A DNA stretch of 64,000 bases, taken from the NCBI GenBank assembly GCA_048772705.1, contig JBLWGC010000033.1, positions 62,001 through 126,000 of the forward strand, given 5' to 3'. The notes below the pieces were generated by a model. It saw nothing but the letters and a program-made list of their open reading frames with translations, did not search any database and was not told the origin of the DNA. Shown here in pieces: positions 53,767-62,479 of the stretch. A program made the position numbers and the translations under genes. The stretch is from Leidyana gryllorum EB-2025a. Its lineage: Eukaryota; Protista; Apicomplexa. Numbering within the stretch: position 1 is the stretch's first letter; every line of letters starts with the position of its first letter.

Positions 53767-56655
53767 TCATACACTGGTTTCGGGTATCACCGAGACTAAG
53801 AGATCCGTCAATGCTTGATCCAGAATGTCAATGGGAGAAATCGGCTGGGCACTCCATTCCCCCCCGGTGGTCGGCTGCACACTCCGTTCCCCCCCGGTGG
53901 TCGGCTGCACACTCCGTTCCCCCCCGGTGGTCGGCTGCACACTCCGTTCCCCCCCGGTGGTCGGCTGCACACTCCGTTCCCCCCCGGTGGTCGGCTGCAC
54001 ACTCCGTTCCCCCCCGGTGGTCGGCTGCGCACTCCATTCCCCCCCGGTGGTCGGCTGCGCAGTCCGTTCCCCCCCGGTGGTCGGCTGCGCAGTCCATTCC
54101 CCCCCGGTGGTCGGCTGCGCAGTCCATTCCCCCCCGGTGGTCGGCTGCACACTCCATTCCCCCCCGGTGGTCGTGGGTTCGTCTTCTCGTTTGGGGGCGA
54201 CCCGCACCATCTTGGAGGGGTCAAAGGTGATATCCCTTTCAATGAGTGAATGCGTCTTCTTTTCTGGGAAAATGATCATCTTGTCTGGTTTTGGCCATCT
54301 CAGGACGAACCCTGAACGCTCCATGGCATTCACCAGATATAAGAATTCAGCCTCACAGGGGCTGTTGTCGTGAATGGGGTGTAGGTGAAGTGTGCCTTTG
54401 GGCGTCGAAATAAGTCGGTAGAGAGCACCAAACCTCCCATCGTGCACAGTGAAACAGTCCGAGTCGTCGACAGCAGAGTATTTGAGATGAGCGTCAGGTT
54501 TTAGAAGCAACCCTCGAGAATTGATTGCTTTCAACAGCTTCCCGACCCTCAACATATCAGCCGTCTGTTCAACATCTATTCGGTAGCGGCGTATGCTCGT
54601 GTTGCCTCCAGAGTCAACAATGTCTAGTTGGACCTTTTTGGTGCTTTCATCGACCAGGCCGTCCCAGAAAATGTTATTGAGATCAGGAATCACTGGGGCT
54701 GTCATCTGGCGAGGTCTGTACTCCACCTCCATAGGTTTCACAACGGCCGAGTTGCATTTCCAATACCGGCCCTCCGTGTTTCTGCCATACACGCTATCAT
54801 CCTCTACATAGATCTTGCACAAAGAGTTCCCCATCTTTTTACGACCGAATTTCAACATCTCCGTGACGCACTTCTCCATCTGACGCGTGTTACCCGGCTG
54901 AGTGTCCGGATATCCCACGGCAATGACGCGTTTGCACTTGAGGTCCAGAAGACCAACGAGCCGAATTATTTGAGACGTCTCCGCCGGCTCCGCGACAGTG
55001 TACAGCGGTATACAACCGGCATATCTGTAGTGTGGATGGACGATCAGACTGGTATTGAGGTTCCTCAGCGCTCCCTCATTCATCAAAGTTGGGAGAATCC
55101 CACTGATGTCTCCGTCCAGGCGCCATCTGTCTGTTCCCACCGCCGATGTCTGTATGCCCAACCGTGAGAGCGTGAGCAGATTAGCGTTCTTTATCTCGAA
55201 AAAATACTTCAAGTAGTGGGCCTTTCTACAGATCGACTCGAATAGGCTGCTACTCGGAGGTGTCGAGTGGCCGAACGTAACCGGTACACGACCTTCAATT
55301 GCCAAACTGTCCCAGGAAGGCCAGTGAGGGCGCTCCGAGGTGTATATGAAGGCCCGCTTCTTCCTGAGAACCTCCGGATCTTGTGACGAGACCTCTTTGA
55401 GGGCACGGGTGTAAGCAGCACCTACTTGAGCTGGACCGGCTTTGGAGTCCAGTCCCAAGGTGGGATAAAAATTGACGCCACTCTCCTCAAAGGCGATCAG
55501 AATCAGAGGGGATTTGGTCGCGGACTTCACCAAGCAGTAGTTGACTGAACTTTCATGTTGCTTGGGGCCGAACACGAAAGAGCAGTCGGGCTTGAAGAGC
55601 TCCAAAACTCTGTAGCGCAGCAGTAACTTGGCGAGCTCCTCCGCGTCCTGATCTCCACTCTCCAGATTGAATCCGAACGATTTATCCAACCAGCGGCCCC
55701 CGTTCAGTTGCACAATCCATTGACAAGCGTCGTCATGGTACTCGAGTGTTTCCGGGCGAGCTTCCGACATCCTCAACTGCTTGTGGCACTCAATATCAAA
55801 CACATCGTTGTCCACCATCTCAACATGCCAAGCCTTCGAGTTGCAAGGCGTGTAGCTCAGCGTATACGGCAGGATTTGCGCTAATTTCTCCAACCGGTCT
55901 CTTCTCGCTTCTTCCCAAGCCCACATCGCTTCCTTCACACTCAGAGCCTTTTTTCTCACCTTCTTCGTCTTTGATGTTTCTGGCGGCGCTTGTGTCTCGG
56001 CCGTCTCCACCAGCGCTGGGGTCTCCAGCGTCTCCACCGGCGCTTGTGTCTCGGCCCTCTCCACCGGCGCTGGTGTCTCCAGCGTCTCCACCGGCGCTTG
56101 TGCCTCCAGCGTCCCGTCCCTGGGGGCCTTCCTGACGAAGCATTTGGTGCTCGTAATACCAACAGCCAGTGTCCGTTTGTCGTTCAGAACGGAAGTGAGT
56201 TTCGGTCCATACAGCTCGATCCAAGACATGAGCACTTTATCTTTCTCCAACTCATCCGAAACAAAGACCGGAATGACTCGTCTACCATCAGGTGTAGTCA
56301 GGCCTTCCAGCAGTGTGTCGCCCGCACCGTTCTTAAGCTCTGAATAAACTGCGTAAACACCCTTCGTCCACGGATTGAGATGCACCTTCAGTCTTCGATG
56401 TTGATCTTCCCAATTCGGTCCAAAAGAGTGAAGTCTGCCGCATAACGCTACACCGGTTGGAGGCTCGCGAAAATAGCCTTGGCCGTCCGCAGTCAACAAC
56501 AATGATTTGCCAGGGAAGGTGGGCCCAAACAGCCCATCTGCGTAACTCTCACTGCCAGTTTGGGAAGCTGTGAGCGTAACTACCTGCGCAAGACAAAGGG
56601 CTAAGTCAGAGGTGTTTGAGTGTTCCACCAATTGCTGAACCCGCGGTGCTTTCAT
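53767..56655 (-). CDS. Array B member 7 (962 aa), MKAP leader, Thr-rich repeat tail ending ETSV
   Basis: Motifs LEGLTTPDGRRVIPV, FYPTLGL, WPSWDSL, AVGTDRW, YAGCIPLY and FLYLVNAMERSGFVLRW. Confidence 0.88.
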   Translation of the reverse strand: MKAPRVQQLVEHSNTSDLALCLAQVVTLTASQTGSESYADGLFGPTFPGKSLLLTADGQGYFREPPTGVALCGRLHSFGPNWEDQHRRLKVHLNPWTKGVYAVYSELKNGAGDTLLEGLTTPDGRRVIPVFVSDELEKDKVLMSWIELYGPKLTSVLNDKRTLAVGITSTKCFVRKAPRDGTLEAQAPVETLETPAPVERAETQAPVETLETPALVETAETQAPPETSKTKKVRKKALSVKEAMWAWEEARRDRLEKLAQILPYTLSYTPCNSKAWHVEMVDNDVFDIECHKQLRMSEARPETLEYHDDACQWIVQLNGGRWLDKSFGFNLESGDQDAEELAKLLLRYRVLELFKPDCSFVFGPKQHESSVNYCLVKSATKSPLILIAFEESGVNFYPTLGLDSKAGPAQVGAAYTRALKEVSSQDPEVLRKKRAFIYTSERPHWPSWDSLAIEGRVPVTFGHSTPPSSSLFESICRKAHYLKYFFEIKNANLLTLSRLGIQTSAVGTDRWRLDGDISGILPTLMNEGALRNLNTSLIVHPHYRYAGCIPLYTVAEPAETSQIIRLVGLLDLKCKRVIAVGYPDTQPGNTRQMEKCVTEMLKFGRKKMGNSLCKIYVEDDSVYGRNTEGRYWKCNSAVVKPMEVEYRPRQMTAPVIPDLNNIFWDGLVDESTKKVQLDIVDSGGNTSIRRYRIDVEQTADMLRVGKLLKAINSRGLLLKPDAHLKYSAVDDSDCFTVHDGRFGALYRLISTPKGTLHLHPIHDNSPCEAEFLYLVNAMERSGFVLRWPKPDKMIIFPEKKTHSLIERDITFDPSKMVRVAPKREDEPTTTGGEWSVQPTTGGEWTAQPTTGGEWTAQPTTGGERTAQPTTGGEWSAQPTTGGERSVQPTTGGERSVQPTTGGERSVQPTTGGERSVQPTTGGERSVQPTTGGEWSAQPISPIDILDQALTDLLVSVIPETSV
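53841..54170 (-). repeat. Coding 30-bp tandem repeat, 11 copies (QPTTGGE[RW][ST][VA])
   Basis: Plus-strand unit actccgttcccccccggtggtcggctgcac. Confidence 0.95.
55985..56110 (-). repeat. Coding 27-bp (9-aa) degenerate repeat, about 5 copies (APVETLETP / APVERAETQ)
   Basis: AQAPVETLETPAPVERAETQAPVETLETPALVETAETQAPPET is inserted in the first core copy of member 7. Confidence 0.8.
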
Positions 56656-56922
56656 GATTCAACGCTGAGAAATACCCAAAGTGAGCCCAAAAATATTCTT
56701 GAGAACTGGTCGCGTGGATGTCGGTTTGGCCCACCGCACAGTCTCAAATGTACCCAGTGCCACCAGAAACCCGCCATCGATCACGAGCGTTGATCACAGA
56801 GAGAGACTGTGTAAGCGCAGTCGAAATTTTACTTAACATTGTTCCCACTGCTCTAACCTGAGCATTGATTATTGAGTTCGCTATTGAGTTTGCGATATGG
56901 AAAAAGGCGACACACGCAGCAC

Positions 56923-57675
56923 TCAATTGATCCCCCTTTTGACTTTTATCTGCACCGGAATTATTCCACCTCCCCACACAAATTTGTCTGGCTGCGCAAC
57001 GGGGCGGTGAGCTGCGGAGTTTTGAATCGTTCCGAATTCAACAGCCTCCGAGCCGTCTGCGCCCGATGAAGAGTGTTGTTGAATTGTCTCGACTCTTGTC
57101 TCAAGTGAGTGGCCGCACTCCGACGAGTCCGCTTGGTCGGTAATGGGCACCCGGGAGGTCTCGACAAAGTCGTCCCAGGACGACCAGATGGCAGACCGCG
57201 CGTTCGGGATGGACGCCCGAATCTTCGAGATGTGTTCTGAATTCTGCTCATTCAGCTCTGAACGGGCGAGTTCGTACGCAGCCCACACTTCTTCATCGGT
57301 AGCAGCTTTGCTCAGTCCCATGGTGGGGTAAAACTGGGTTTTGCCGTCCTCCAAGGCGACTAGTAGACGAGGATATCCTTCGGGGGTTACCACCATATAC
57401 TGGAGAGACTCCACAGAGGCGTTATGAAGCCTTCTTCTGCCATCATGACAACCTCCGAACATTTCGAGAAGTCCTTGTCTGAGAGCCTGCATTTTCGTCA
57501 GAGGGTCGTTCTGTTCTGTTGCCCCTTGTGAGGATCCTGCATGCCACCACGTCTGGTCGGCACCCGTTTCTAGGCTCGTCGAGGATTGGGACAAGGGTGT
57601 GAGCCCATTTGACAAGCACACCCACACATAGTCTTCACAATTCTGCAGTGGTGCGTCAATTCGGGGAGCTCTCAT
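56923..57675 (-). CDS. Array B member 8 (about 250 aa), internally deleted paralogue; possible pseudogene
   Basis: MRAPRID leader is joined almost directly to the FYPTMGL...WSSWDDF block. Most of both core copies is missing. Confidence 0.65.
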   Translation of the reverse strand: MRAPRIDAPLQNCEDYVWVCLSNGLTPLSQSSTSLETGADQTWWHAGSSQGATEQNDPLTKMQALRQGLLEMFGGCHDGRRRLHNASVESLQYMVVTPEGYPRLLVALEDGKTQFYPTMGLSKAATDEEVWAAYELARSELNEQNSEHISKIRASIPNARSAIWSSWDDFVETSRVPITDQADSSECGHSLETRVETIQQHSSSGADGSEAVEFGTIQNSAAHRPVAQPDKFVWGGGIIPVQIKVKRGIN

Positions 57676-57901
57676 ATTTTTACTTGAGAATTTGATAGCT
57701 GTCAAAACTTCGCGATTGTTGTTTTGGGACCTGTAGTGATGGGGACGAAGCCAAACGACTGGGATGCGGTGTAAATAACGTATTTATACACCAATTGGTT
57801 CGTTGAAATGAACTAAAGCTCACTTGATGAGCTCATTTTATAGTGTAGCAATCGAAATTGATCATTCAACCACTCTACGTGGAACTCTCTCTCTTCCAAT
57901 C

Positions 57902-59707
57902 TCAATTCTTCTTGAGAGCCCTGCGAAGGACACGCAGACCTCTCCGGAAGGTATTCCCCGGACTGAACTTGTCCGTACTAACCTTCAGTAGAGCTAAAAT
58001 CCTGTTGAATGTTTGTGGCCTCAACCCTTCGGCGACAGGCTGGGAGTCTGAAACACCAGTCGGCCGATGGCTCATCACCTCAGACCCAACGACGCCTTCA
58101 TCGTTCTCTGCTGCAGTATCCAAAGTTGACTGTTGAACTGTTGTGACTTCGGTCTCCGAGACATGACTCTCAGAGACATGACTTTCTGAGGTAGCGACAT
58201 CATCAGCTGCAGCGACGTCATCAACAATCGGCAACGGATACTTCTCGAACTTGTGTCCCCGTCCAACTTCGAGTGAATTGGTGAATGCCCATCTGACTTG
58301 GTGGCCGGCTTCTTCGAGATCATTCACTAAATGGATTAGATCGCTGTTGACATGGCGCCCGCCTGCTCCCCTCAACGGTTTGAAATTCACCTGTTTGGTC
58401 GCTGCATTATATCGGATTTTGTAACACGGCTCCGAGAAAGAGTCAACAAGCGTCAGCGTTGGTGACGTCTCGCTCTGCCCACAATCCCAATACAATGTAC
58501 AGTTGTTCGGAAGGGCAAATCCTTGGGAATGCAGACAATTCAAAAGCTCCTTAATTCCGTCTCGTGCACCACCTTGGCCGACGAGATGATACTTTCGTAC
58601 TTCAATATCCTTTGTGGGACCCTTCTTGATGGTCACGTGGACTGTGTCACCGTCCTCGCTGTAAGAAGCGATCTCGTGAGTCCACTCGACACGAGAGTAA
58701 TGGCCATTACGAGGAGGTGGCCCCCTACGGCGTTCTCCATGAGTTATCCCGTCGCACCACACACTCCGTCCAGCATCGTCCTCAGTGAACACGACTTTAG
58801 ATCCAATGAGAATGTTAAGGATTTCTCTGTCTTTGAACTTTCTCGTTTGGTAAAGCTGGAGTAATTTTTTCACAGCCCCCTCCGCCTCGAACCATACAGG
58901 AGCTGCGTGGGCCTTCGAGTTGGTGGTCCCGATCCCAATCACTCGACGCTGATCCGGAAGAAGGAGTCCAACCAATCGATATTCTGTGGCGTCGTCTGTG
59001 GGGTTGAGAGACTCGGTCACAGTGAAAAGAGGGATCGTTCCGGCGTACTCCCAATTGAAGACATATAGATCACCCTGAATTTTGCACTTCTCCAAACTGT
59101 CTCTGATCTCCTGGGGCAATGTGGCGAGGTGCCAAAGATTTCTTCCTGCAACGACCACCTTGGCGCCCAACTTGCCCAAAGTGCTCAAAGCTGTGGAGGG
59201 ACCCTTTTTGAGACGATCGTTTTTCAATAAGCCGAGGTCGATTATCTGAGAATACAACTCGGCTTGTCCGATCCCTGTTGGGCGGTTTCTAAGGACAACT
59301 TGTTGTTTTTGTGCACCACCGATGGCGGTGAGTTTCTCATCTGGCGCACGGAAGGATCGATCTGCGATTTTTCGGCCCGTCAGTGCAACTTGGTCGCTCA
59401 CACCTTCCTTCTTTGTAACTGCGACAATGCGGGGCAAATCGCGTTTGGCGGTTGTTGACGCATCGGATCTCATCTCCTCAACGATACTCAAAAGTCTGAC
59501 ATTGTGGGAAGGTTTCCATTTCATCCACTCTTCAGTTTGCTGTGGAATCGTTCCGGAAAGCACCGAGTCTTTTACGAAATCGGAATCCTTGAGATTGACG
59601 TCTGATGATATTGCAGGCGGAAGGCTAATACCCAGGCCCATACTTATGCCCACCAGGAACGCGGGGCTGTGAGTGTCGTGCATGATCGCTGTGGGAGCAA
59701 GTTTCAT
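57902..59707 (-). CDS. Array B member 9 (601 aa), retains only the second core copy
   Basis: MKLAP leader with FLVGISMGLG. Motifs LGAKVVVAGRNLW, YAGTIPLF, LVGLLLPDQRRVIGI and LIHLVNDLEEAGHQVRW. Confidence 0.85.
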   Translation of the reverse strand: MKLAPTAIMHDTHSPAFLVGISMGLGISLPPAISSDVNLKDSDFVKDSVLSGTIPQQTEEWMKWKPSHNVRLLSIVEEMRSDASTTAKRDLPRIVAVTKKEGVSDQVALTGRKIADRSFRAPDEKLTAIGGAQKQQVVLRNRPTGIGQAELYSQIIDLGLLKNDRLKKGPSTALSTLGKLGAKVVVAGRNLWHLATLPQEIRDSLEKCKIQGDLYVFNWEYAGTIPLFTVTESLNPTDDATEYRLVGLLLPDQRRVIGIGTTNSKAHAAPVWFEAEGAVKKLLQLYQTRKFKDREILNILIGSKVVFTEDDAGRSVWCDGITHGERRRGPPPRNGHYSRVEWTHEIASYSEDGDTVHVTIKKGPTKDIEVRKYHLVGQGGARDGIKELLNCLHSQGFALPNNCTLYWDCGQSETSPTLTLVDSFSEPCYKIRYNAATKQVNFKPLRGAGGRHVNSDLIHLVNDLEEAGHQVRWAFTNSLEVGRGHKFEKYPLPIVDDVAAADDVATSESHVSESHVSETEVTTVQQSTLDTAAENDEGVVGSEVMSHRPTGVSDSQPVAEGLRPQTFNRILALLKVSTDKFSPGNTFRRGLRVLRRALKKN

Positions 59708-59759
59708 TGGTGAGTACTAATAAAAAGTTTTTGCACTCCAAGAATCATCAAACTCGACA

Positions 59760-62159
59760 TTAGTTGTGGGAGTGACGGAAAAATGATCTTCTCAAAGAGC
59801 TGAAGGAGTTTGTGAGAAACTCGGAACTCCGTCTCACCCCTCCGACGAGTGACTGAGCTGAACCTCCCCAGAAAGGGATGGAGGTGGAGGCTAATGACAT
59901 GGAAGAAACGCTCTCGATGGGACCCAAAGTGATGCCGGATTCAGGAGTCATGGTCACATAGTGCACTTCATTTCCCCGCGATATGTGCAGAGTAGAATCC
60001 TCAGGCCATTTCACGTCGAATCCCATTCGCTGGAGCTCGTTGATCACATAGATCATATCGAGATCTTCGGTTCTCTGTCCTGTCAGAGGGTACAAGTCGA
60101 AGCCAGAGACCGGGTCGAGGCAGACTTTGTACTTTCCCGTTCCCTCCCGGTCCGAAACTCTAATTCCCGGGACTCTGTCATCGTCTATGTATTCTAATTG
60201 GCAGCCATCCGGCAGTACCAATCCTCGACTGTGCAGTCTAACGATTAAGTCTTTGGTCTTGTTATATTCGTCGAGCGTCGACTGCCATCGGTACCGGACA
60301 GTCCGCGGTGTCCCCTTCTCCGTAATTTCGACGGTAATTGTCGGATATGTGACGACGTCAAAGATTATGTTGGGGAGATCATCGACAGCCATACAATGGC
60401 TCTTCAGTACCGCTGAGTGAATACCCATCTCTCGCTTCACCCACGCCAGTTGACTTCTCCCCTCGAATATTCTGAGAGTCCCATCACTCATATGCCCATG
60501 GGCGTACGTCTGGTACAAAACGATCCGATCCAGCTCTGCGCCTGCACCACTCTTTTGTTGTGCCTGTTCCTCGTGTTTGATCAACTTGGAGACAGCGGTC
60601 TCATTAGCTGCGAGGACCGCCGAGTCGGACCGCTCTGCACCTTCCTCAATTTGGATCGCGTACACCCGTTTCGATTTCGGCGCCAACAGACCTACAAGGC
60701 GACAGTCTCTCGAAGTCGCCAGAGGGAATCCCACAGACAAGATGGGAATGCACCCGGCGTAACTCCCCTCGGGGGCACAAACCAACGCGTGGGTAGAGTT
60801 ACTCCACGTATCCTGGTGATACCGCAGGGCCAAAGTCCTCGACAAGGCAACGTCTGCTGGTACTTGTGCGAACGACCAACGATTGTATCCCACAAGGGTC
60901 ATGTCAGCTTTCAGAGAGTGTAATATCCTCAGATTTGGTGCCGCTGCTGCAAACCGTGTGCCGAAAGACTTCCACCCCGCCAGCATATCATAGTTGGGAG
61001 AACTTTTACGCGCTGGTGTCATCAGCTCCTCCCATTGCCGACCGAATAACTGGTCGGCCCAGTCCAAAGTCGACCCATCAGCGGTAGACACTCGCCAACG
61101 AGCGGCTGCCACCTCTGAGGGGCTGTATACACTCAGCAGAGCTTTTGCTCGTGAATAAGCCTCCATCACCTGCTCGGCTGTCGGCCGCAGCGTGCTGTCG
61201 TACATGGGCGGGTAAGATTTTACCACATTGTCTTCAACAGCCAGCAACAACACGGGCTCTCCAGAAGACGACATCACCAGACAACACTTGGCCTCCCCTT
61301 GCACAAAGCTGTCATACACAAAGTCGGCCTCCGGGCCGAACAGATCTGACCATTCAGTCTCTATACGCGCTTTCGCAGTACCCGCTTCGGCCTCACTGGG
61401 CTCGGCTCCTGTATTATTCTCGGTCAGAGCTACGTCCCAAAACTGTTCGGCTGATGCCGTCTCACCTTCTGCCGTCTCGCCTTGTGCTGATGCACATTCA
61501 CGCCCATCGCCGTGAGCTGTGCGCCGTAAACGGTTTGCGCACGCCTCCCGCATCACTCCGATGTCCGCTGGTTCGGCCTTCCATTTCCGTGCCTCGGTGC
61601 AGTATCTCCAAAGAGAACAGCCTCCGCTATGAGACACCGTGTAGATGGCATCCGAACAGATACCCACTCGCAAAACCGAGTTTTCTTCCAATATAGCTTG
61701 GAGAGGGCCGTGACACGCAGCAAACACCGTCTCGGGCGACTCCCGAGCGAGTTCCTCAGACACCCACACGTCCACTGGCTCGCGTCGGCGGGGCGGTATT
61801 AATGTCTCCAACTCACCTCCGAACGCCCTCGTCTCCTCAGTCTCTCGGTACACACCACACGCTCCTCTAATTGTTGGAATTAAGCCCACTAAAACTCTCC
61901 CGTCTTTTGATTGTATGACGTCTCCCAAACCGTTGGGTAATACAACGTCCAATGGCGGCGCAATCAAATAGGCTGCCGTCTTAGTCGGATGGGCCAGAAT
62001 AGAAGGAGGAAATCGTTGTCCAAATACAGACTTTTCCTCCGGAGTGATAACTTCCGACAGTTCGTCAGCCGCCCCAACGCTCAGTGAAGCGGTCACACAC
62101 AGACACAAGTGATCTCGGGCAGACGACTGTCGGTAGGCTGTCACCTGTGGAACTTTCAT
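59760..62159 (-). CDS. Array B member 10 (about 799 aa), MKVP leader
   Basis: First ATG at 62159 (MKVPQVTAYRQSSARDHLCLCVTASLS). Motifs CCLVMSSSGEPVLLLAVE..SYP, TLVGYNRW, YAGCIPI and MIYVINELQRMGFDVKW. Confidence 0.87.
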   Translation of the reverse strand: MKVPQVTAYRQSSARDHLCLCVTASLSVGAADELSEVITPEEKSVFGQRFPPSILAHPTKTAAYLIAPPLDVVLPNGLGDVIQSKDGRVLVGLIPTIRGACGVYRETEETRAFGGELETLIPPRRREPVDVWVSEELARESPETVFAACHGPLQAILEENSVLRVGICSDAIYTVSHSGGCSLWRYCTEARKWKAEPADIGVMREACANRLRRTAHGDGRECASAQGETAEGETASAEQFWDVALTENNTGAEPSEAEAGTAKARIETEWSDLFGPEADFVYDSFVQGEAKCCLVMSSSGEPVLLLAVEDNVVKSYPPMYDSTLRPTAEQVMEAYSRAKALLSVYSPSEVAAARWRVSTADGSTLDWADQLFGRQWEELMTPARKSSPNYDMLAGWKSFGTRFAAAAPNLRILHSLKADMTLVGYNRWSFAQVPADVALSRTLALRYHQDTWSNSTHALVCAPEGSYAGCIPILSVGFPLATSRDCRLVGLLAPKSKRVYAIQIEEGAERSDSAVLAANETAVSKLIKHEEQAQQKSGAGAELDRIVLYQTYAHGHMSDGTLRIFEGRSQLAWVKREMGIHSAVLKSHCMAVDDLPNIIFDVVTYPTITVEITEKGTPRTVRYRWQSTLDEYNKTKDLIVRLHSRGLVLPDGCQLEYIDDDRVPGIRVSDREGTGKYKVCLDPVSGFDLYPLTGQRTEDLDMIYVINELQRMGFDVKWPEDSTLHISRGNEVHYVTMTPESGITLGPIESVSSMSLASTSIPFWGGSAQSLVGGVRRSSEFLTNSFSSLRRSFFRHSHN

Positions 62160-62479
62160 TTTCACACTTTGCGGTGACGGAAAATTTCTCGTAACACACT
62201 GGCAACCCACAAATTAAGTTGTTTCTTTGTTACACTACACCGCTTTCGCCAGTGAACGCAGCATCGCACTCACACAGGCCTATGGAATTTACTATCGCCC
62301 TCTGGTTGGGTGTGTGGGTGCTGCTACGTGTCTCTTGTCTCTTGTCGATTATCGGTTGTCAATCAAACAGACTGAACTCCGATCATTGTTGCGGTATCTG
62401 CTCGCACTGAATTACTAATTTCATCTTCGTTTGACGATAAATAGGTCGGCTGGTACTGATCGTCGGCTCCCTAATAGCC

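Noticed and set aside
53739-54373. Several overlapping ORFs on both strands, and a possible CRISPR-like array
   Set aside because: These are by-products of the 30-bp coding repeat. The units are contiguous with no unique spacers, no cas genes are present, and the context is eukaryotic.
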